Assembly (NCBI GenBank): GCA_002633005.1
Contig: NMRA01000361.1
Span: 335,344-399,343 of the forward strand
Source: Phoronis australis
Taxonomy: Eukaryota; Animalia; Phoronida
DNA: 64,000 nt
Direction: 5' to 3'
In this document: piece by piece, positions 13,931 to 25,834 of the stretch
Layout: each line of letters opens with the position of its first letter
Numbering within the stretch: position 1 is the stretch's first letter
Translations under genes and position numbers: made by a program
The notes under the pieces: generated by a model
The model's database searches: none
Told to the model about the DNA's origin: nothing
What the model saw: the letters and a program-made list of their open reading frames with translations, nothing else

Positions 13931-14095
13931 TCAAGGCGTTCGTTTCTCTGAGAAATGCAGTAAAGCTTCTACTACCTCTGCCTCTGCCTCCGCCTGCCTC
14001 TCTTGGTCCGACCTATACTGACGCTGTCGCTCATCAAACTCTCGCATCTGTCTGTTATACTGTTCCAACTGTTGCCGAAGTATTGCATCTTCAAT
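13931..14095 (-). CDS. CBFB: CBFB coding exon 5 (read-through form ends at TGA 13931; internal donor after 13976 possible)
   Basis: ttttgccag acceptor; IEDAILRQQLEQYNRQMREFDERQRQYRSDQERQAEAEAEVVEALLHFSEKRTP*. The five exons total 567 nt = 188 aa plus stop. The 3' boundary is isoform-dependent. Confidence 0.88.
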   Translation of the reverse strand: MEDAILRQQLEQYNRQMREFDERQRQYRSDQERQAEAEAEVVEALLHFSEKRTP

Positions 14096-14534
14096 CTGGC
14101 AAAATACAAAAGAGGAATATACAAATACGAAAATGTATCCGTTATTTTGTCGAGAACAGTTGAAACGCCATCTGGTGTTCTGAAAGGGGCACAACGATCC
14201 GTATGTAATTTTTCCTCACTCTGAGAATGTTTCACACTCACGAAAAGTATACAAAACCATAGCCAGCAATACATAATCTTTTCTGACTGAAAACAGAGCC
14301 ATACCCAGCACTTATGAAGGAAGGAACTGATGAACTTCATATCCAACATCTTTTTAAAATTCAAAATATGCATAAAAAATACAGAAACTAACGTGGTTGA
14401 AAAATGTGGAAACACAAAAAGTTTAGAAATTAGCTGGAAAAAAAATAAAACATGACTAACAATGAACACCTTACTTTAGTATCCATTCATCTCAAACAAT
14501 AAATCCGATAAAATTTTGTGAATCATCCACTGCC

Positions 14535-14930
14535 AGGACTATAATTTATCATATCAGGACTGAAAATTTATCATATCAGGACTGAAAATTTATCATATCA
14601 GGACTGAAAATTTATAGGACTGAAAACTTTTATGACAGAACCACAAATTTATCACAAAAGGACCGAAAATTCATCGTGCCAAGACAGAAAAGTTTCATGA
14701 CAGGAGACCATGAGACCATCATGTCCAACAATGAAGATCCGTGTGCCTGCAAACTCAACTGTATTCAAGTGTGGTGTGTCCAAGTGTACATTGCTTGTGG
14801 ATGGTCACGTGGTCATCCGGCATGAAATTTTTTCTGGCGTACTACGTACAAAATATTGGGTCCTGATGCGTTAACTTTTCACCCCTGACGTGATAAATTT
14901 TGGTCTTGAGTTTATCTTTTTAATCTCGCA
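14535..14930. repeat. 22-bp tandem repeat with degenerate inverted partner (MITE-like subterminal arrays)
   Basis: (AATTTATCATATCAGGACTGAA)n at 14535-14627, decaying to ~14705; reverse-oriented copies such as CCTGACGTGATAAATTTT at ~14820-14930. Confidence 0.7.
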
Positions 14931-17633
14931 AAATGAAAATAATCTTTTGAACTGTTTTTAATTCGTGCATAAGTGAAAATTCTAGTTTGAGGTGTTTATT
15001 TTTGGTCCTACAGAGAATAAATGTTTCGGTCTGTTTTTAAATGTTGCATAAAAACCATGTGTCCTGGATTTTTTCCACTTTGGCTTTCCATAGGTCGGCT
15101 GTTTGTTACATGACTGACAAGCTGCATGCCATTAAAGCATAATGTCGAGTTGAGCAGCTGGCTTCATGATAATAGTCAGGAGATATTCTTGTCATGTCTT
15201 TCGTACCAAATCTCAGGTGACCAATAAGCAAATAACATCAGTAACGATGGCGAGAAAAAAATCCGTGGAAATACACAACTTGACTTAAAGTTAAAAACAA
15301 GTACATTTGAATGAGATTTTAATTGGATGCTGTTTTTCTCACACTGTGGCAAAAATCTCTCAAGCATTACTGCCAGAAGATGGTTGCACAAACTATATGA
15401 CCTAAATAACTGAGGTATTGTTTACACACAGGCATTATTGAGAGATAAATAACAATAAATAAAAATAAATAAATAAAAATATCCATTGGCGGTAGACGAT
15501 TTCCTCAATATATGTCTGAAACAAGAAGCATGAATTATTCAAATTCCCACTTGGCGTATCAGGTGGTGAAACTCCTTGTTAATGTAGACCCAAGCCAGCG
15601 AGGCCACAAACAAACCACAACCATCATTGTCAATGGAGACCAGGCATACAGATTGTATGAAACCTGGGAATACTTCGGTAACGTAGCATAGCACTTAGAT
15701 TGTCCCAAAATGTTGTCATCTGTGTTCTTTTAGAATGTATTGTATAATTACTGATTCCCACGGAGGTCCTTCAAGGAGTTAAGCAGACAAAGATAGATGT
15801 AAAAAATAAAAAAATTAAATTAACAGGTCTGTGAGCCGCATTCATAAGTGCAAGAACTATGTCGTTCTAGTAGCCTGATCTTTACACAAGTTACAGAAAG
15901 GTTGAAAGTGATGCAACGCCTTTGAAATATTCAAGGATTTCAACAAATATTGAAGCCTGCTGAGCACTGATTTTATCCATGTCAGAAATCGAAAGGGTTA
16001 TGCCATGTATAATCGCTTTGATATTCTGAAAGTGCGCTGAAAATATGTGACTTGTCTTTTCAATTGTCCAGTAGAAGCGGCCTCACCAACCATCCAAAGA
16101 AAGAGTACATGCAACCATCGATGGAAATTTTCCAGTGAAATCGGTAAACCCACTGGCGACTGCCCTCTGTAGGGAGGCCAGCTAAATCAATGAAAATATA
16201 CCAGAAAATGTCTATTGAACATCCTCTCAATGTGAGAAGACTATGGAGTACAACAACTCAGAAGACCATTATTTCTTGAATGACCCGTTTCCATGGTTCT
16301 AAAAAAAACTTGCTTTTTGAATGTCATTACTCCATCGCCACAGGTGAAAGTTCCAGGACATTGTACTTACTTTAATTTATGATAACCTACAATATTACTG
16401 ACAATTGTTAAGCAAGCTCTGGGGCCAACAGAAGAAGCACATTCACACAATGAACAAATGTTCAATCAGCAAGTGAGATGACAAGTCTGAGAAGTGGCAT
16501 GTGAATGACATCATAATACAGTGAAAAGGCAATCTAACCCGGCTATTGACCTCCTGAACTCTTCTGAATGTTAAGTAATATTCTAGCCAACTGAATAGCC
16601 AAGATAATAGCAAACAGAACTTCTGGGGAGAACAAGAGACAGAGATGTTTAGTTAAGCAAAAATAGTAGAACAATGCAGTGTTCTCCACACACAAAAATT
16701 CAAACAGGTCACGTTTACAACCACTTTGAAAATTTAGACAGTGTGCAGCGAGTGCATATCAAAGGGAACATACGAAAGTGATACTTTTTGCTCAAAATGA
16801 AAAAATCAGTTGTGTCACGTGCAGAGGCAAAATCAAATGGGATGCAACAACTTGTTAAAACGGGTCATGGAGAACACTGCAATGGATAAAAGTTGGATAT
16901 CCTCAGGTGTATACACAAGTGCACCACTTATTGGGGATGTGTGTGACAGCAATGTGGCTGACGGTTGGAGCAAAATACCCTCTTCTAGGGCTTGTTTATC
17001 ACCAAAAACTGTACATTTGCTGAACAACCATCAAGCAGTGTAACAATTTCCTGAACACTCCTATAGGGGGGTTACTGTTTTGCTGGTGAGTTAGGTGGAG
17101 CTGAAATACTTGGGAAAATGCTGAAGGGCAGAAAATCTTATAGTACTGTAGGGTACATGTCATAGTTCAACTCAAATCCTCAGCTATTTGGAACTCCTCG
17201 GGTATTTTCTTGACCTCAATTATCCCTTCGAAGGTACTCCATATCTGTGCACGTGGGAACCACAGTCACATTGGCCATTTATTGATGATTTTGAAAATCA
17301 CATGACTTGCCGCATGACTGAAGTTCGCATATGCGAAAGTATGAAACCTGACGGTAAAGTTGAGGCTACGAAAGTACTCGAGGTGTTCCACATGTTCTTC
17401 ATTAGCATACCCATTGTCTAAAATGCAATTAACTTTTACAACCTGCACCCTGTTCTGTAATAAAGATACAACTATCAAAAATAAACAGAAAATAAACAAA
17501 ACCTCCAGAATCATACCCAATGTAGACAAGACGAAAAGGATAACCTATCTAATTTAGTGCCCGTTTTGAAAGTTAAAATCATTATATTCTTTATTTATTG
17601 AAAGGAAGACAAAAAAGTGACACGTTCACTCAC

Positions 17634-17750
17634 TTGAGCTCGTTCATCGTCATATTCTAAACACGCTGTTCCATCTAGCCGCTGAAGGTCTACATAACCT
17701 CTCCATATTACACACACGCCGTTCATTATAAACTGAGATTTTAAATGCAC
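17634..17750 (-). CDS. CBFB: CBFB coding exon 4 (117 nt)
   Basis: ttttgcag acceptor; VHLKSQFIMNGVCVIWRGYVDLQRLDGTACLEYDDERAQ; gtgagt donor. Confidence 0.97.
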
Positions 17751-18290
17751 CTGCAAAATAAGACACAGTGACTCTGACAATACAAGTAAAACAATAAGGA
17801 CAATACTAAATCAGTTCAAAAATAAAATTATGGTAAATCTTCTCTGTGGTTGTCAAGTGAACTTCAGTTTTGACAAATTTCTCCATAAAAATAAAGATTA
17901 AGATGAATTTAGTCGATTACAGTACTAGCACGGTTTGTACTGTGCAAATGTCATAACATTTGACAAAGTTTCGATTATTTACAGTAAAGTAATCAGTCAT
18001 CAAAAGTGGCAATTTTGGCAATTATTTTGTCCAAAATAAGCAAATTACCAATAAGAGTTCAATTAAAAAATGATAGATGCCAGGTAGATTGCGCACATCA
18101 TAGACACAGTTACTAACTTATGATAGACAGGTAGGACCAGGCTAGCTATTTAATACAACACAACTGTCAGCTTGCCTTGGCAGGGGAGGGAAAGTGATAT
18201 GAAGAGTGGCAAATCTGCAGTGAAGAGTGATAAAAACGAAACAGCAGATGTGGACGAGACAAAAACATAATATCGTCATTTGCTACGAAC

Positions 18291-18410
18291 CTTGCCCCTT
18301 TCTCGTTCAAAATCAACATATTCTCCAGCCGGACGGCGGTCTTCAGGATTATCACTCCATGGATTTGATAGAAATTCTAAAGATAAGTTAGTGCCAGCAC
18401 CAACGAAGGC
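18291..18410 (-). CDS. CBFB: CBFB coding exon 3 (120 nt)
   Basis: tttcag acceptor; AFVGAGTNLSLEFLSNPWSDNPEDRRPAGEYVDFERERGK; GT donor. Confidence 0.95.
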
Positions 18411-18608
18411 CTGAAAGGTATAGGTATATCTTACTGGAAGTCTACACTGAAGGTACAGGTATGGTATGACATATCTTACTGGAAGTCTTCCCTGAAGGTA
18501 TAGACATGTCAAATTTTACTACAAGACTGATTACTAGATTTAATTATTCCAAAATTGTGGGTGGATTGCCAATGACTGTTGTCATGGAAAAATCAGCTGT
18601 TTACACTT

Positions 18609-18783
18609 AACATTTTGCCATTCCCAATGGACCCAGGTTCATCAGTTTGTAAACATTTTACCATTCCCAGTGGACCCAGGTTCATCAGTTTGTAAACATT
18701 TTACCATTCCCAGTGGACCCAGGTTCATCAGTTTGTAAACATTTTGACAACCCCAATGGAACCAATGCCTGATCAGCTGCAAG
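18609..18783. repeat. 43-bp minisatellite, ~4 copies, in CBFB intron 2
   Basis: Unit AACATTTTACCATTCCCAGTGGACCCAGGTTCATCAGTTTGTA starts at 18609, 18652, 18695 and 18738 (last copy degenerate). Confidence 0.92.
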
Positions 18784-20186
18784 TACATGATACCCCACAC
18801 TTTAGGTTTAATTGACAAATAAATCATTAATAAGCCAACTTAAAACAACTCTCAGATAAATAACAGTGATCACATCCCACACTTGAATATCCACAACACA
18901 AAAACAGCCAGGGGTCTATTGGCAATGTTTTTACAAAATCTGACCACACAAATTGGAACTATGTAAACAATCACCTAGCATTGGTAAGGAATTAACTATC
19001 CACCAAGCCTGTAGTGAACCCTAACCAAAATTTCATTACTCATAATTGTGGCACTCCTGCAAAATGGATTCTTGGAAACTGATCAATGCCATTGATAAAT
19101 ACTGCACTGAGTGCTGGCTGGTACAAAGAGGTACAACTTTTGATGACTGCCCTATTTATTTACAGGAAAAGGCTAGGGCACTTGAGCACATAAATTAATG
19201 TCAACAACTGGCAAGAGCTGGAGAAATAGTTGATAGGTAATGTCAGTGCATTTCATTGGTGGTGCCTGTGTGTCATGCCTAGTCTTACAACGATTCAGAA
19301 CCAATGAAGTCAAGGCAACAAGTACTTTCTGAGGTTTTAGGGTTGGCTAACACTTACAGTCATTAAGAACAACGGGTTTTCAATAATTACAAACCACATC
19401 ACTGACGTCAAATCAACCTGGATAGACAGTTTCTACTCTAGGAATTGTAGGGATCAGTTATTTTAAATTGATTTCATTTGCTGAATGAAGGGTGATTTGT
19501 TTATCACATTGACACTGCTTGAATTGATTTGTGGTAGGTTTTGAGGTCATTACTATTGATACTATCTAGAGGTCAGTTTGAAGAGCAATGAAAATGTCAA
19601 GAACCTAAATGGCGGCTAAACAAGCATACAAGCTACAAAAATAGAAAAGTGTTCATTCAATCCACCTTCAGGCTTAATAATTTTGTTTTCCTCTTCACTG
19701 TTTGCATACATTCAAATCTCATAATCTCATGCTCACGAGGGGACGGGATATTGACAGGCACCCTGTGTACTGAATCAAAACAAGGATGTCATTGTTTTCA
19801 GCCAGACGTACAGTGAACCACAGAAAGCCGGCGGCTTATAACGGGCGCGTACACGCATTCCTTTGATGTTTATCTACAGTGCGGAACAATGAGAGTCATA
19901 CAGTACAAACCAGGGAACAAGTCAACAACTCCACACGCGACCTCTGGCCTACCACCGGGTAGGCGTTTATCAATGAAACGACGTAAACCTAGGATTACGG
20001 CCCTAGGATTACAACCAGCTCATACCCCGGACTTTGCTATGTCGCTTAGTCATTCTTATTTCTGGCTGATTTTCAAAATCGTCATAACCCGCTGACTTAA
20101 CTTTTGATGAACAACTGATCAATATAAACGAACCAAACTTTTCAACAATGCTACCAGGCTTTCAGCACTATTCAGTCATTACTCAC

Positions 20187-20273
20187 TATGTCCGCGTGTC
20201 CTTCACCACATTCCGCTTGAAATCTCAGCACTCTTTCCTCATGGGGTCTGTCGCGATATCCCGTATATCGAAC
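20187..20273 (-). CDS. CBFB: CBFB coding exon 2 (87 nt)
   Basis: ttttcag acceptor; VRYTGYRDRPHEERVLRFQAECGEGHADI; gtgagt donor; phase 0 at both ends. Confidence 0.96.
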
Positions 20274-20384
20274 CTGAAAAATATGAACTTTTTATTAGTA
20301 CATGCGATCATTGACCCCGACAAAGCGCGGTACGATTTGCAGTAAACAGCTGATCAGAATACAAGAAAGTCGTCGATTACAAAC

Positions 20385-20462
20385 CTCGCACTCGCGACTT
20401 AATTTCCTAAATGTGTCGTCGTTTTCAAATTTAGCTCGCTGATCTGGTACAACTCTTGGCAT
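20385..20462 (-). CDS. CBFB: Core-binding factor beta, coding exon 1 (78 nt)
   Basis: ATG at 20462; MPRVVPDQRAKFENDDTFRKLSRECE is the recognisable CBF-beta N-terminus; GT donor at 20384-20383. Confidence 0.97.
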
Positions 20463-20559
20463 AACTGGCGGGATTCTTGGAGCGCTGTCACAGCACAGTC
20501 CGTTAGCCACGAAGGATAGCATGCTTTACTACGTGTTCATTCAATACGTGCCTAAATAT

Positions 20560-20900
20560 TCTCTGTAAACTTAGTAATCGTGCTTGGCATTTGATTGGAT
20601 AACAGGTCAAGCTTTCGGGAATCTTCGGAACCGATTATCTCCATATATGGTGAGCCCGAATGACAAAACGACTGACGACTTTTAATGAGCTTGTTTACTT
20701 CAATATGATTCGTTGACGGAAATAGACGGACATGACGTAAACTGTGACCTCATTGGTATATTACGAAAATAACCTTATTTGTAATGTAATGAATATGAAA
20801 CAGCAAGCTGTCTCTCGAATCGGAATAACCAATCAGTTCTCAGAAATGATGACAAATATCTTGGCATGACGCCTGAAAGTAAATAATAACCGCGATATAA
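20560..20900 (-). promoter_or_regulatory. Putative CBFB promoter
   Basis: Just upstream of the CBFB ATG: three CCAAT/ATTGG boxes (~20594, ~20752, ~20830), perfect CArG box CCATATATGG at 20641-20650, CRE-like TGACGTAA at ~20733. Confidence 0.5.
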
Positions 20901-21218
20901 ACATGCTAAAACATTAATGATTTTGTTATTTGTTTGCTACTAGGACCCAAAATTAGTTATGAATCTATTTTTGAATCATCGCTTATAATATACGTTAATT
21001 ACTTGTGGGTTCAAAATCGTAAACTCAGGTAAGTCGTGACAGATACGTCACGATGACAGACTGACGATAAATACGCGTGAAAGCAGAATAAAAAAACATG
21101 TCGCGAGCCGTGAAATCATGAGTTGCTTTATTGGGGAAACAACTACTCTCCCTGTTTCGTGACATGTCAACGAGAAGGCACTTTGTATCACGTATTTCTT
21201 GTTATTTCAAAATACGGA

Positions 21219-21858
21219 CTCGAGTGTGACAGGTGAAACTAAGAATTCCTCAACTCGCACAAAGAAGATTGTTGTCTTTTGTTAGCCACACGCCTCTGGA
21301 ATATTTAGAATTTTGATTGCACAATAGTGATACTTGTATAATATTGAACAGTGGGCGACCTTTTCGGCCAACCTCCACCCACACACACGGGCGTACGAAC
21401 AAACATCATACCTTGATCGATTAGTTGTTGCTTAATTGATCTTCGCAGTCCATGACATCTACAATGGCAACTTGAACATTAAAAGAAATCAAAAAAGGAT
21501 TGTCACATTTCTTTTACTAAGCAACATAAATTTGACAAANCTCGAGTGTGACAGGTGAAAAGAATTCCTCAACTCGCACAAAGAAGATTGTTGTCTTTTG
21601 TTAGCCACACGCCTCTGGAATATTTAGAATTTTGATTGCACAATAGTGATACTTGTATAATATTGAACAGTGGGCGACCTTTTCGGCCAACCTCCACCCA
21701 CACACACGGGCGTACGAACAAACATCATACCTTGATCGATTAGTTGTTGCTTAATTGATCTTCGCAGTCCATGACATCTACAATGGCAACTTGAACATTA
21801 AAAGAAATCAAAAAAGGATTGTCACATTTCTTTTACTAAGCAACATAAATTTGACAAA
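21219..21858. repeat. ~320 bp direct duplication joined by a single N (probable assembly artefact)
   Basis: 21219-21539 is repeated at 21541-21858; the visible difference is a 3-bp indel; N at 21540. Confidence 0.9.
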
Positions 21859-23059
21859 AAAAATAAGGATACCACTGCACCGGATTTGTAATTTCGCTGG
21901 CAATAAAGGCAATACTCGTCCTTGACTGAGTAAAAATAAGAAGGTTTTCGTTACTTGTGGCGACGTTTACCATCGCGACAGGAAAAAGTACATGGGCGGC
22001 GCAGCACTGAAAAAAAGTGGGGGGCTATAGCTATGAAGCAGTAGTAATATTGTCCATTAATTCACGTACGTATAGTACACCGTTTACTATCACTATGAGA
22101 ATGAGTCTTATGGCGTAATTAAGACTTCGTGGGATAACAATAACCACAGTGATCTATGCAACTGAGTCTGGGCTGTGGGAAATAAACCACTAACAAGTGA
22201 AGTGGACCCCGGCATGCGCTCCGACTTTCAAAATGCTGTTCGACCGAAGAAACTTGCTGATGTGGCGCCAGTGTATCCGCCCTGGTGTCCAGGTTACGAA
22301 AACATACTAATTGGTACAGTGGCGGATCTAGAATATCATGAGGGGGCACCATTGTTCATTTTGTGGTATCCTAAGTTGTGTCGTTTTTACTATGTATTTT
22401 GTGACCGACGGTGTCCTGGGTACGTTGATCAACACTAGCAAACCAGGTCCATAATCATTCCGTTCACCTTATGGCTTCAGCTCTCTTAAATGTTTCACAT
22501 TTCGACAATCATTCTACGATATTAGGGCGCAATCTATATTACGTGTTTACCGATGATTTCGTTCTACTACCCCATACACATTCAAAATGTGTCCTTGTAG
22601 AGTAGAACAAATTGCTTGGGCCAGTAATGTGCTACAATAGCCTGAAACACTTCCTCTTCTTTCTTTACAGCTGAATATTGTAAGCGTTACAACGATTGTC
22701 TTCTGCCATTTCTACGGTTCCAGAATGTCACCAAAGACCAGACACCGTCCGTCTGAAAACGATATCCAGTTTGTTTCAGTGGAGCGTCTACCGAAAATAC
22801 TCAACACCACCGATGAACATTACGAGCCCTCAGGCTACCATTATATAAAATATGCAGAATTTGGTTGAAGTGAATCTTAGATTGAACATGTTGACATGTG
22901 ATGTATCAGCAGTTGATTACCTTGATAACATGTCTTTTGCGGATAAATCGAATTGTCCGAGAGAGGCATCTCTCTCGAAAAAAATATTTTGATGCATTTT
23001 AAATGCTATGAAACATTTTGCTAATGCTACACCGTTCGCCGCAAAATTTCTTTTAGGCA

Positions 23060-23200
23060 CCGAGTGACGTGATCTTTATTCCATTATAACGACCCTGTAT
23101 TGGAGGTGACCCTGTCAAACGCTTACATCAGCTGTTAGTTTTGTTTACATTTTAACGCGCATGCGCATTATGAAAAATAATGATGGCGCTTGGTTGAAGA
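23060..23200 (+). promoter_or_regulatory. Putative PHAF1 housekeeping-type promoter
   Basis: NRF1-type GCGCATGCGCA at 23157-23167, TGACGTGA at ~23065 and YY1-like ATGGCG at ~23183, all within 250 bp of the ATG. Confidence 0.5.
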
Positions 23201-23301
23201 TTTCAAAACAGCTTGACGAAATTGCTGTAGAAATAAGATTTCATTTGATTGCACATCTAACTAACGAGTGTATTGATGACTCATTGGAAGCTCAGGGAAC
23301 C

Positions 23302-23365
23302 ATGCTTGACTTAGAAGTGGTTCCAGAGAAGTCGCTGCAAAGCGAACAATGGGAATTTATACTTG
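23302..23365 (+). CDS. PHAF1: PHAF1/C16orf70 (UPF0183, phagophore assembly factor 1) coding exon 1
   Basis: accATG; MLDLEVVPEKSLQSEQWEFILG matches the known C16orf70 N-terminus (MLDLEVVPERSLGNEQWEF); gtacgt donor. The 14 exons sum to 1263 nt = 420 aa plus stop. Confidence 0.95.
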
Positions 23366-24942
23366 GTACGTGCCCTAACCTGCTACCAATCTGTGTCTGT
23401 CATTAGAGTTGTGATCAGTCAGATCAGTGCCCGTGGACCTGGTAGACGACGCTTACCTCCTGACCTTAGTCCATCATGTAGATCGAGCCATACCACATAC
23501 GGTGGAACTGCCTATGGAGCAGCCAGTGACTGTGTCAGTCACCATATCAGCCTGAATGATGGAGTGTATTTGTTTGTGAGCTTGGACTTGCTGTGAATTT
23601 TGCTGCATTGAAAAAACTTCACGTTTCCTGCTTTCATTTACTCCACCTACTGAGATGTTTTTCGATTTTCAAGTCTATTTAAAAAAAATGCGCATAGTTT
23701 TTCAATCCAAAATCACCCAAGCTGGAATAAATCGGGTTACTATGGTTAGTGATTAGTAAAAATTTTGCTTGAAAAAATAAACGGGATTATTTCCAACGAT
23801 TTTCCCAGGAAACGCCACCATTGGTAAGTGCTTAAACAGAAAGGTGATTGAAGACAAAGGTTAATTGCATATCCAACTGAGGTAAAAAGACAGCTGATCA
23901 GACAGGATTGAAATTAGTTTTAATTGAAAATACTAGTATGGTACACTTTCTCCTGTTAGCACCTGTATCTTATTATGCTAATAATTCTGAGATGTTGTTC
24001 AGCACCGAAGCTGTAACTTCATCCTTGTCAGAGAGTAGGATCGGTGTGTTTAGAACCTCTACCTAATGGTAATGGGACGACCGTACTATTCTCTTCTCTT
24101 CAAATGGATGCTTTTTCGTGATGACTAAATTTTCAGTGGCATAACCAAGGCTCCACCCTTATCAGTATTTGACAGCCTTCACCATGTTTTGTCTTTTCTT
24201 AGAGATGCATTTAGGAGGGATGTGTCTTATGTGTTTAATTCTACCAGAAGGTCTAATGTAGAGTGTGTATCTTTTTCATCACATGTTAACGGATAATTTC
24301 TGTATTGATTTTAAGGACCTTCACGATATACCTGTTCAGTTGGAGTACAACGGGGTCTTCAAGGACTGATAATCACAACAGTATCATCCACAATGTGATC
24401 TGAAATGTTTGACTTAATAACCTGCCTCTTATACATTTCGCTTTGAAAGAGCTCTCTTTGATGTGCTTGCGGTCCATAAGTTGAAAAAGATTGTATGAAA
24501 GCGTCTTTTACTATAAATGCTTTGTATCGAATTTAACACCATTGAAAATTCTCCAGTTTGGGACATTGAAAATTTAGTTAAGGCTTTTTACCAAATATGA
24601 ACATTATGCAATATTGGCCATCCTGAATTCGAGAATAATGATCTATGATAATAGATCAATATGGGAACGCTAGAAAACGTAGCATCGCCAGCTATTCTTT
24701 CGACGATTTTATGAACTGCCAAGTCTAGTTTCAGTCTCTGTTGGTACAAAACGCAGTGTCCAATATTTAAAAACTACGATCAACGCTAAAATCACCTGTG
24801 CCCCAATTTACAAATCAAGAAAATTCAATTTCAGCTTGAACTTCGGTGTCTCAAATTTTAGAGGCTGTCCCAACTGGAGATTTTTTAGTTTCTCTTTATG
24901 CTGCTGATGCTGAAAGTTTGTGAATGTTTTTCAATATTATAG

Positions 24943-25025
24943 GAATGCCATTTTATCAGACCGTCAACATCATTAAAGGTCAAGACAAAGTCATCAAAGG
25001 TGTGCAGTTCTGGTACAGTGACCAG
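24943..25025 (+). CDS. PHAF1: PHAF1 exon 2
   Basis: ag|GAATGCCA...GACCAG|gtgagg; MPFYQTVNIIKGQDKVIKGVQFWYSDQ; 83 nt, phase consistent. Confidence 0.93.
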
Positions 25026-25750
25026 GTGAGGTTCAATTTTTGAAATTGTATCTTATACATCTGAATTTTTTGTCTGATAAAATGATCACTTCGGAAAAGT
25101 TTGTCACACTGAACCTACTAAGCTGAGGCTGATTGTGGTCTTTTCTCATTTCAGCAATAGCCTCTTTTGCAGAGGTAGAAAAACGTATTGTACAATTGAC
25201 GCAGTTTTCAAAAATCTATGCCACAGACACTTATGAGCTAAGTCAAACAATTAAGGAACATCATATGGCTCCTTACTCAGATTGTCAATGTGAGCAGTGC
25301 AACTCACTGTTCAATAGTAAAACTAATTCTGATATTAAATGGAGATAAAGACTGGGAGCAGTGAACACTAGTGAAAAAAGTGCCTACTGACTGCAGCATT
25401 GTGGGTAAATACTGCTGACTCATAGTGATGCAGTGGTATTTCAGGGTATGGCTTTTCAAAATCATTCGTATAAATTATTTTTACAAGCCTAAACGTATGA
25501 ATGTACGTCAAAAAATTTCCCAACTATTAGAAGGAAATTCTGTGCTTCATTCTTGGTTTATGCTCTGGTTAATAAAGTTTATCAAATAATCACCGTGGTT
25601 ACTTTTCATACTCTGACTGGAGATTATTGTAACATCGGTTCATATCTCCGTCAAAACTACTCGGTGTACTAGCAGACTAGCTATTTCCTGGCTCTAACCT
25701 TTGAACCTGCTACCATGTACCAAACTGTAAGTCCCCTGTTTGGTTTTCAG

Positions 25751-25834
25751 TCTCCACTGTGCGCTGACCTAGTCATCAATCTGGTCAATGATGGTATCAA
25801 GCTGATCTATGAGCCTTGCTCTCAAAGGCTTAAG
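25751..25834 (+). CDS. PHAF1: PHAF1 exon 3
   Basis: ttttcag acceptor; SPLCADLVINLVNDGIKLIYEPCSQRLK; gtaaga donor. Confidence 0.94.

Noticed and set aside
11000-22200. RUNX sites (ACCACA/TGTGGT) in and around CBFB as an autoregulatory signal
   Set aside because: Only scattered 6-mers, not obviously above chance density and not clustered.
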